Assembly: GCA_016935835.1 (NCBI GenBank)
Contig: JAFGQE010000158.1
Span: 2,256-66,255 of the forward strand
DNA length: 64,000 bases
Direction of reading: 5' to 3'
DNA from: Clostridia bacterium
GTDB taxonomy: Bacteria > Bacillota > Clostridia > DUPQ01
Shown: positions 29,871 through 37,613 of the stretch, one piece after another
Layout of the letters: each line of letters begins with the position of its first letter
How positions within the stretch are numbered: position 1 is the stretch's first letter
The notes under the pieces: generated by a model
Told to the model about the DNA's origin: nothing
Database searches by the model: none
The model's input: only the letters and a program-made list of their open reading frames with translations
Program-made: the position numbers and the translations under genes

Positions 29871-31631
29871 CTACTTCTTTCTGTTTTTATATTTTGTGTG
29901 CAGCAGATGATGGGATTTCTCGCCCAAAGGCTTTATGAGAAATTCATCGTACAGTTTTTTTATTGCTGGATTTTCATGCGATTTGCGAATCGGAAGAGCT
30001 CCGTCCGCACGGTAGATGGCATCCATTCTTTTCAGCCTTAGCTCATCGGTTCCGCCGAACGGTTGTCCGCCGCCACCGATGCATCCGCCCGGGCAGCACA
30101 TTATTTCTATGAAAGCATATTCCGCCTTGCCGGATTTGATCAATTCCATGACCTTCCTTGCATTTGACAAGGAGTGGGCCACGGCGACTTTAACGATTGT
30201 TCCGTTCAGATCCACCGCTGCCTCCTTGATTCCCTCAAGGCCCCTGACCGCCTTGAAATCCAGAGATTCAAGCGTTTTTCCGGTCACTACTTCATAAACG
30301 GTCCTCAATGCGGCTTCCATAACGCCGCCGGTGGCTCCGAATATCACGGCTGCACCCGTTGAAAGTCCGAAGGGGGCATCGTAATCCTCCTCATCCAGCT
30401 GATTGAAGTCAACGCCGGCCTGGCGAAGCATTTTCCCAAGTTCCCTTGTTGTCAGAACCACATCGACATCCGGATTTTTCCCGTCGATTGACATTTCATC
30501 GCGTACGGCCTCAAACTTCTTGGCTGTGCAAGGCATTATTGAAACGCTGAATATATCTTCCGGTTTCTTTCCGATTTTTTCAGCGTAATAGCCCTTTGCC
30601 AGCGCCCCGAACATCTGCTGGGGCGACTTGCAGCTTGAAAGATGTGCAAGCAATTCGGGGTAGTATTGCTCTATGAAATTAATCCAGCCAGGGCTGCAGG
30701 AAGTGAGCATCGGAAGCACTCCTCCATGGTTGATACGCTCAAGCAGTTCATGCCCTTCCTCGATTATGGTAAGGTCCGCGGTAAAATCAGTGTCGAAGAC
30801 CTTGTCAAAGCCCAATGCCCGCAAAGATGCGACAAGTTTTCCCGTAACGATTGCACCGGGGTCGAGACCGAACTCCTCCCCGATGGAGACCCTTACCGCC
30901 GGAGCCGTCTGTACTACAACGGTTTTATCAGGATCATTGATCGCTTCCCAAACGCGCTCGATGTCCTCTTTCTCGGTTATGGCCGCAACGGGGCAGACAA
31001 CGGAACATTGCCCGCATGCGACACAGGCCACATCTCCCAGATACCAGCCGAATGCAGGCTTGACCTCGACATCGCCGCTTCTGCCGATATAGTCCAGGAT
31101 TGCAAGACCCTGTACCTTGGCGCACATCTGGATGCATCTTCCGCATTTTATGCATTTGTTCTGGTTTCTTTCTATTGACGGACTGCTGGTGTCTATTTCA
31201 CGGTGTACGAGTATGTTTTCAAAGCGGCTTTCCCTGACGCCCAGGTTTGCGGCTATCTCCTGAAGGCCGCAATGATTGTTCTTCTTGCAGGCGGTGCAGT
31301 TCATGTCGTGGTTTGCAAGAAGCAGTTCAACGACAACCTTCCTGGCCTGACGCACCTTCTGCGTATTGGTCCTGATAACCATGCCTTCCCTTACAGATGT
31401 TGCGCAGGCGGCCTGGAGGGTTTTGCAACCGTCGACCTCGACTACACATACCCTGCAGTTTGCCTTGATTTCCTGGTCGGGATGATAACAAAGGTTCGGT
31501 ATGGTTATACCTGTGTCCTTTGCTGCGTGAAGTATCGACGTCCCCTCGGGGACACTGACCGCCCGGTTGTTTATCTTTGCATTTACCATGTTCATATCAT
31601 ACCTCCTATACGGCAGCGGAATCCGTTGCAT
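29871..31631 (-). CDS. hydA: [FeFe] hydrogenase catalytic subunit (HydA, bifurcating-type, with N-terminal 2Fe-2S and F-cluster domains)
   Basis: H-cluster motifs L2 MPCTAKKFE and L3 EIMCCPGGCIGGGGQP. The L1 motif is TSCSPGW rather than the canonical TSCCPxW. Confidence 0.85.
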   Translation of the reverse strand: MQRIPLPYRRYDMNMVNAKINNRAVSVPEGTSILHAAKDTGITIPNLCYHPDQEIKANCRVCVVEVDGCKTLQAACATSVREGMVIRTNTQKVRQARKVVVELLLANHDMNCTACKKNNHCGLQEIAANLGVRESRFENILVHREIDTSSPSIERNQNKCIKCGRCIQMCAKVQGLAILDYIGRSGDVEVKPAFGWYLGDVACVACGQCSVVCPVAAITEKEDIERVWEAINDPDKTVVVQTAPAVRVSIGEEFGLDPGAIVTGKLVASLRALGFDKVFDTDFTADLTIIEEGHELLERINHGGVLPMLTSCSPGWINFIEQYYPELLAHLSSCKSPQQMFGALAKGYYAEKIGKKPEDIFSVSIMPCTAKKFEAVRDEMSIDGKNPDVDVVLTTRELGKMLRQAGVDFNQLDEEDYDAPFGLSTGAAVIFGATGGVMEAALRTVYEVVTGKTLESLDFKAVRGLEGIKEAAVDLNGTIVKVAVAHSLSNARKVMELIKSGKAEYAFIEIMCCPGGCIGGGGQPFGGTDELRLKRMDAIYRADGALPIRKSHENPAIKKLYDEFLIKPLGEKSHHLLHTKYKNRKK

Positions 31632-32883
31632 GGATTCTGCTTTGGAATTCCTCCGGGAAATACTGGAGGACTTTCTTTATGGCTGTTGGCGCTGCCTGTC
31701 CCAGGCCGCAGATGGATGCCTCGCTCATTGTTTCAATAAGTATCCCAAGCAAGGCCAGGTCCTTTTCGACGGCGACGCCTTCTATGAAACGGTCGAGAAG
31801 TATAAGCGTCTGAGCAAGCCCTTCACGGCAGGGAGTGCATTTGCCGCAGGATTCATGATGAAAGAACCCGATTATCCTTTTTAAAATATCAAGCACATTA
31901 ATTCTTTCATCCATAACAATTATTGCACCGGAACCGAAATTGAGGTCGTTCTCCCTCATTGAGGCATAATCAAGGGGGAGGTCCGACATATCAGATGGAA
32001 TCACCGGGCCGGATGCGCCGCCGAGCTGTATCATCTTGATTTCGCGATTGTTCGGGATGCCTCCGCCGAGGCCATATATTATGTCTTTTATGGAAGTTCC
32101 GAAAACAACTTCGTAAAGACCCGGCCTGACAACATTTCCGCTCAGGCATACAAGCTTTGTTCCCTTCGAGGAATCAGTGCCGATTTTTGAGAACTCCGCC
32201 CCGCCCATTTCAATGATGTGTGGAATATTGCAAAACGTCTCCACATTGTTGATCTGTGTCGGCTTGTTGTAAAGCCCGCATGTCGTCGGGAAAGGAGGCT
32301 TGTATGTGGCGCGGCCTGATTTGCCCTCGATAGTCACAAGAAGAGCAAACTCCTCGCCGCAGACATAGGAGCCGGCTCCCGTATACACATCAATGTCGAA
32401 ATCGAAGCCGGCGTCAAGGATATTATCCCCTAAAAAGCCGCGTATCCTCGCCTGTTCAAGCGCTTTTTCAACCATTGCCGCCGCACGCGCATATTCGCCC
32501 CTGATGAAGATATACCCATGCTTTATACCTGTCGCATAAGCGCATATTATGATGCCCTCGATCAATTGATGGGGATCGTTTTCCATCAGATACCTGTCCT
32601 TGAAATTCCCGGGTTCGCCCTCGTCGGCATTACAGATGATGTATTTGGGAGATCCCCCGGCCTCTTTTACCGCCTGCATTTTAAGTCCTGTTGGAAATGC
32701 CGCGCCCCCGCGGCCCTTCAGGCCGGAGTTTTTAATTTCATTGATTATATCGCCGCCGCTCATTGCGAGAGCTTTCCTCAGTGAATCATATCCCCCGCGG
32801 GAAATATAGTCGTCAATGGACCCGGGATTGATTTCACCAAATCTTTTTGTCAGCAATTTTCTGACACATGCATTTTTATTCAT
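31606..32883 (-). CDS. hydB: NuoF-like NADH-binding flavoprotein subunit of bifurcating hydrogenase (HydB)
   Basis: 425 aa. FMN/NADH-binding NuoF core with the N3 cluster motif [12 protein letters not shown]. No C-terminal ferredoxin domains. Confidence 0.8.
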   Translation of the reverse strand: MNKNACVRKLLTKRFGEINPGSIDDYISRGGYDSLRKALAMSGGDIINEIKNSGLKGRGGAAFPTGLKMQAVKEAGGSPKYIICNADEGEPGNFKDRYLMENDPHQLIEGIIICAYATGIKHGYIFIRGEYARAAAMVEKALEQARIRGFLGDNILDAGFDFDIDVYTGAGSYVCGEEFALLVTIEGKSGRATYKPPFPTTCGLYNKPTQINNVETFCNIPHIIEMGGAEFSKIGTDSSKGTKLVCLSGNVVRPGLYEVVFGTSIKDIIYGLGGGIPNNREIKMIQLGGASGPVIPSDMSDLPLDYASMRENDLNFGSGAIIVMDERINVLDILKRIIGFFHHESCGKCTPCREGLAQTLILLDRFIEGVAVEKDLALLGILIETMSEASICGLGQAAPTAIKKVLQYFPEEFQSRIHATDSAAV

Positions 32884-33340
32884 GGCTTTTCCTCCTGTGT
32901 TCGGCCAGAACCGAGGATATTTTTTCCGCCGTCAGGTTTCCATACAGATTGTCCCCGATTTGCATCGCCGGGGCCTTGTCGCAGCATCCCAGGCAACTCG
33001 AGTACTCAAGCGAGAACAAGCCGTCGTCCGTTGTCTGGCCCATCTTGGTTTTTAATCTTTGCTCAAGCTCAATGACCACATTCGTTGAATTGTTGACATA
33101 ACAGGGAACATCATGGCAAACCTGTATGATGTATTTCCCCCTGGGTTTTGTCGACAGAAGCGAGTAGAAGGATGCCACACTGTGAACCCTGCTTTCAGGA
33201 AGCCCGGTTTCTTTTGCGAATTCCCTTATGTCCTCCTGCGTCAGATAATTGCATGGCGTGGTTTTTTGATAAGCCAGCATAGCCCCGATAAGTTTGTCCG
33301 GCGTCCTGCCGAATTTTTCAAGCGCCTCCTTGACCTGCAT
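32876..33340 (-). CDS. hydC: NuoE-like 2Fe-2S thioredoxin-fold subunit (HydC)
   Basis: CHDVPCYV...CLGCCDKAP are the NuoE-type Cys ligands. Confidence 0.75.
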   Translation of the reverse strand: MQVKEALEKFGRTPDKLIGAMLAYQKTTPCNYLTQEDIREFAKETGLPESRVHSVASFYSLLSTKPRGKYIIQVCHDVPCYVNNSTNVVIELEQRLKTKMGQTTDDGLFSLEYSSCLGCCDKAPAMQIGDNLYGNLTAEKISSVLAEHRRKSHE

Positions 33341-33559
33341 AATGCCACCTCCAGAATAAAATCATCGCCGGCCGGCATTCCCACGAATGAAAATGAAAGC
33401 AACCGGGTTGTTATAATCCAATGTTTCATATGAAAGCTGCTCATATCAGTTGTCCAAGAGCCAAATAAAAAATGAAAAGAATCGGTCAAAATTTAATGCC
33501 CAAAACAATACTTTTGACTTTTTTATTCTACACCAGCCGGAAGGCAGAAATCAAGAAAA

Positions 33560-33577
33560 TTGTTAATGTTTTAACAT
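33560..33577. promoter_or_regulatory. candidate Rex operator (TTGTTAA-N4-TTAACAT)
   Basis: Near-perfect inverted repeat matching the Clostridia-type Rex box, about 220 bp upstream of hydC in the divergent intergenic region. Confidence 0.4.
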
Positions 33578-33692
33578 ATTGTTACCGGAGAATCAAAACA
33601 AGTCATAAATTTAGTTTCCCGATTCCGGTCCTGATAGACAGGTTTGTTTACAAAAGTCAATGATTTCGGCATATTCAAAGAAGAAATTGAAT

Positions 33693-33721
33693 TTGACAAA
33701 TACGAAAACTTCTGTTAGAAT
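33693..33721 (+). promoter_or_regulatory. sigma-70-type promoter (TTGACA-17-TAGAAT) driving riboswitch/ABC operon
   Basis: Consensus -35 hexamer, 17 nt spacer, then TAGAAT -10. Confidence 0.5.
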
Positions 33722-33754
33722 TCCTGACAATATACACTATATGTATAAGGAGTG

Positions 33755-33890
33755 CGCCTTGGGTTCCGCGTCCTGGGACGGTCAGGACCGAGCGGCGCAG
33801 GCGTGAAAGCGCTACACTGCCTGATCGGGATAAAAACCCGGGTATGGAGTCCTTGGTATAAATCAGCCGGGACCCGATCCGGGTCTATTT
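33755..33890 (+). promoter_or_regulatory. ykkC-family (guanidine-I or subtype 2) riboswitch-like leader
   Basis: UUGGGUUCCGCG...GGACGGUCAGGACCGAGCGG...CGGGAUAAAAACCCGGG contains the conserved ykkC blocks as recalled from the consensus. A small hairpin GACCCG-auc-CGGGUC with a U-rich tail follows. Confidence 0.45.
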
Positions 33891-33919
33891 ATATATAAAA
33901 GAGCGGGGGAGGCAAAAAA

Positions 33920-34906
33920 ATGGCGGCAATAGTACTGGAAAACCTTTCGAAGACATACCGGGTGAAGGTTCGGGGCGAAGGCTTGAAAAATGCCATCAAG
34001 TCCTTGGTGAGGCCGGATTACAGGGAAGTCGAGGCTGTCAGGAACATCAGCTTTTCGGTGAATGAAGGAGAAATGCTTGCATTTATAGGACCCAACGGCG
34101 CGGGCAAATCGACAACAATTAAAATGCTGACGGGAATACTTCATCCCACCGGGGGTTCCATGAATGTGCTCGGATACAATCCGGTCAAGGACAGAAGGAG
34201 GCTTTCTTATAATATCGGGGCTGTTTTCGGCCAGAAATCGCAGCTTAGCTTCCACCTGCCTCCTGTTGATAGTTTCAGGCTGCTTTCAAGCGTATATGAA
34301 ATTGAAAAGAGCGCCTATGAATCGAGGCTTAAGCGGCTCGCGGACCTGCTGGAGTTGAATGAATTCCTCGACACTCCCGTCAGAAAACTGTCCCTGGGCC
34401 AAAGGGTCAGATGCGAGTTCGCCGCATCGCTGCTCCACGCACCGAAAATCCTGTTTCTCGATGAGCCTACCATAGGGCTGGATGTCGTTGTGAAACATAG
34501 GATCAGGGACCTGATAATAAAGCTTAACAAAGAAGAAAACACAACGGTATTCCTTACAAGCCATGACGCCGGGGATGTAGAGAACCTGTGCAGGAGGGCC
34601 ATCGTGATCGACCACGGCACGGTGGCGCTGGACATGCCGGTCAAGAAGCTGAAGTATGACTATCTTAATAAAAAAGTCGTTTCTTTAAAACTCAACGAAA
34701 GCGCAGGCATACCGGAACCCCCGGGGGTGGAATTGATTAAAAAAACGCCATATGCGGTGAAGTTTTCGGTTGACACGAGGATTGCGCCGATCAGCAAAAT
34801 CCTGGCTATGCTGGATGCCGGAAATATCGCCGACATAACCATTGAGGAACCACCCATGGAGGACATAATAGAGGCAATATATATGGGGAAGAGGGAAGGG
34901 GGCTGA
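33920..34906 (+). CDS. ABC transporter ATP-binding protein
   Basis: Walker A GPNGAGKST, signature LSLGQRVR, Walker B ILFLDEP. Confidence 0.85.
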   Translation: MAAIVLENLSKTYRVKVRGEGLKNAIKSLVRPDYREVEAVRNISFSVNEGEMLAFIGPNGAGKSTTIKMLTGILHPTGGSMNVLGYNPVKDRRRLSYNIGAVFGQKSQLSFHLPPVDSFRLLSSVYEIEKSAYESRLKRLADLLELNEFLDTPVRKLSLGQRVRCEFAASLLHAPKILFLDEPTIGLDVVVKHRIRDLIIKLNKEENTTVFLTSHDAGDVENLCRRAIVIDHGTVALDMPVKKLKYDYLNKKVVSLKLNESAGIPEPPGVELIKKTPYAVKFSVDTRIAPISKILAMLDAGNIADITIEEPPMEDIIEAIYMGKREGG

Positions 34907-34911
34907 GAGAT

Positions 34912-35694
34912 TTGGGCAAATATCTGTCGATAGCCGGCATAAGCATAAAGAACTCCCTGGTATACAGGGCCAGCGTGACCGGCCGGGTGGTCTTCTATTT
35001 CGTCTTCATATTCGTTTTCTTCAGCCTGTGGAGCATGATTTATTCGGGAAATGAAATAGCGGGATACAGCCTTGTTCAGATGATTTGGTATGTCTGCATG
35101 ACTGAGCTTGTTGTCTTTTGCAGCGGAAGCGAAATATTCGGAAGAATGAATCATGAGGTCAAGTCGGGTGAAATCGCCTATCGGCTTCTGAGGCCATGGA
35201 ATTATATTTTCATGCAGTTCGCCGACATGCTCGGCAGCATGGCCTTCAGCGCATCGGTTTTCACGGTGATGGCGGTTTTACTCGGCTTTGTTTTCGCGGG
35301 CCCCATACAGGGATTCAACCCGGCATCGGTTCCTTTGATAGTTATTTCCTTCGTGTTGTCAATAACGATGAATTTTTTCATATGCATGAGCCTTGGATTG
35401 CTTGCGTTTTATTTTGAGGAAAACTCGCCGTTCTATTTCATTTACCAGAAGCTGCTTTTCGTTTTCGGAATGCTTCTGCCCATAGAATTCCTTCCGATAT
35501 GGACGCAGGGGATCCTGAGATATCTGCCGTTTTCCCTTATAACCTGGGGACCGGCCAGGATGGTTGTGAATTTTTCGTATGAATATGCCTTTGAGATAAT
35601 TCCGATGCAGGCCGCATGGTGCGTGTTTTCGGTGCTGCTGGCGATGTTCGTGTTTTCAAGGGGGGTGAGGAAAGTCAATGTTCACGGAGGTTAA
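34912..35694 (+). CDS. ABC-2-type exporter permease
   Basis: 260 aa six-TM protein immediately after the ATPase. Confidence 0.6.
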   Translation: MGKYLSIAGISIKNSLVYRASVTGRVVFYFVFIFVFFSLWSMIYSGNEIAGYSLVQMIWYVCMTELVVFCSGSEIFGRMNHEVKSGEIAYRLLRPWNYIFMQFADMLGSMAFSASVFTVMAVLLGFVFAGPIQGFNPASVPLIVISFVLSITMNFFICMSLGLLAFYFEENSPFYFIYQKLLFVFGMLLPIEFLPIWTQGILRYLPFSLITWGPARMVVNFSYEYAFEIIPMQAAWCVFSVLLAMFVFSRGVRKVNVHGG

Positions 35695-36475
35695 AACACA
35701 TCTTAAGCTGATATTGAAGTATTTTACGTTCAATCTGTCTGCGCTAACCGAGTACAGGACAAGTTTCCTGGTGCAGGTGTTCGGAATGGCGCTGAACAAC
35801 GCGAGTTTTGCATTTTTTTGGTGGGTGCTGTTTGACAGGCTTGGCACGGGCATAGGCGGATACGGGTTCACTGATGTAATGTTCCTGTGGGCGGTTGCCT
35901 CGACGGGCTTTGGTTTGTCGCATGTCTTTTTTGCCAATGCAAACAGGATATCAGGCATGATCATAACGGGAGAGCTTGACACATACCTCCTGCAGCCGAA
36001 GAACCCGCTTATCAACTCGATATCCGCAAGGATGTCGGTGACGGCATGGGGGGACGTCATATACGGCATAGTGCTGATGGCGCTTATCAAGGCAAGCGGA
36101 ATGATGTGGGTCATGTTCGGAATAAGCATATTCACGGCGGCTCTGTTGATTACCTCGATTGCCGTGGCAGGCCATTCCCTGACATTCTATTTTGGGAACA
36201 TGGAGGCTGTCGGAAGGACTTTATGGGAATTTACAATAACTTTCTCCATCTACCCCGAGACAATATTCAAAGGTCCAGTCAAAGCACTGATAATGACGGC
36301 TGTTCCCATAGGCTTTATAACCCATGTCCCGCTCCGTCTTGTGCGAAACTTTTCCTGGGGGACGCTGTTGCTGCTTTTCGGTGTAACCCTGGCATATGCG
36401 CTTTTTGCATTCATTCTTTATATGAAGGGCCTGAGAAAATATGAATCCGGCAACCTGATTGTTACCCGGATGTGA
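35678..36475 (+). CDS. ABC-2-type exporter permease (second)
   Basis: 265 aa six-TM protein; overlaps the previous gene. Confidence 0.6.
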   Translation: MFTEVKTHLKLILKYFTFNLSALTEYRTSFLVQVFGMALNNASFAFFWWVLFDRLGTGIGGYGFTDVMFLWAVASTGFGLSHVFFANANRISGMIITGELDTYLLQPKNPLINSISARMSVTAWGDVIYGIVLMALIKASGMMWVMFGISIFTAALLITSIAVAGHSLTFYFGNMEAVGRTLWEFTITFSIYPETIFKGPVKALIMTAVPIGFITHVPLRLVRNFSWGTLLLLFGVTLAYALFAFILYMKGLRKYESGNLIVTRM

Positions 36476-36542
36476 AGGTCCGAACGGATTATGCGGTTCA
36501 AGCGGGAACCCTTGACTCATCGGGAGGCCATTTCTTTTGCTG

Positions 36543-37613
36543 TCATTTGATCCCGGGTGGAAGCATAACCGCAAAGCGGCAGACCGGGTCGCCCCGAAGC
36601 GCTGATTGAAGCAACTCAACCCCAAGCTCCGTGCCAAGAATCACCTCGAATGGGAATTTTTCAAATCCGGCGCTGCAATAACACCAGTCGGAATCTATGT
36701 TTTCGCGGCTTTCGTCAAGAATGCGCTCCCTTGCGAAAGGGCAGTGGCAGGCATAGTAAGATTTTAAAACAGGATCCGTGGATTTTAGAAAATTGATGCC
36801 GTCGTAGGGTATTTTTGTCATATAAAGTTTTCCGCCGTCCCTTACGGCTGAAAGAATCTCCTGATTTGAACTGACGTAATCAACCACTTCCTGCGTTATC
36901 TCCTGTTCATACCATATCTTTCCGATGTTGCAATATTCCTGCAATTCAGCGACATTGCGCGCATGTCGTCCCGCAAGGTATTCATCGAGCGAAGAAGATT
37001 CCTCGTACAGCCGCTTTTCCTCCTGCATCGCGGATTCGGGCAGGCCGTGGTTGTTGCCGGCGAGAATCTTTTTATAAAGTGAAGGTTCAATACTTGCCTT
37101 GAGACGGTCCATGAATCTTGCTGTGAATGCCGGCATGTCGCCCGGAGCCGTCCCAAGGGGAATTTCCAAAAGCCCCGAAAAAACTTTCTCCACCGCTTCT
37201 TCTCCGGCATAGGCCAGCATCCGGTTTTTTATACTTTCGATGACGCCGATTCCGCCCAAAATACGGGTGAAGTATATGTATGCACCGTGATTGTTTGCCA
37301 CATGACAATACCTTGCCAATGCCAGGAGCAAGGGCAGGTTTATTTTGCCGGATTCAAAAAGCGCAGCGATATATTTCTCTATTTGACCAGGGGAGGCGGT
37401 TTCGACCGAAACACCGTATATTTTCAAATATGAATCCATTTCCCTGGCATCGGCGACTGCAAGGTCTGCCGCGGAATCATCATAACCTCTGCTTTTATAA
37501 AGATCCCTCAGTTGTTTCTCAAGCATGTTCTTCTCCCGTCCATCATCCGGCCGGTTCTGTCCTGTCCACGGTTCCGTCGGACTTGTAGTAGGTCCTGATG
37601 CCGGAACCGGCAT
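36543..37613 (-). CDS. hypothetical protein with Cys-rich C-terminus
   Basis: C-terminal CHCPFARE...CYCSAGFE...C; no recognisable family. Start uncertain. Confidence 0.3.
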   Translation of the reverse strand: MPVPASGPTTSPTEPWTGQNRPDDGREKNMLEKQLRDLYKSRGYDDSAADLAVADAREMDSYLKIYGVSVETASPGQIEKYIAALFESGKINLPLLLALARYCHVANNHGAYIYFTRILGGIGVIESIKNRMLAYAGEEAVEKVFSGLLEIPLGTAPGDMPAFTARFMDRLKASIEPSLYKKILAGNNHGLPESAMQEEKRLYEESSSLDEYLAGRHARNVAELQEYCNIGKIWYEQEITQEVVDYVSSNQEILSAVRDGGKLYMTKIPYDGINFLKSTDPVLKSYYACHCPFARERILDESRENIDSDWCYCSAGFEKFPFEVILGTELGVELLQSALRGDPVCRFAVMLPPGIK

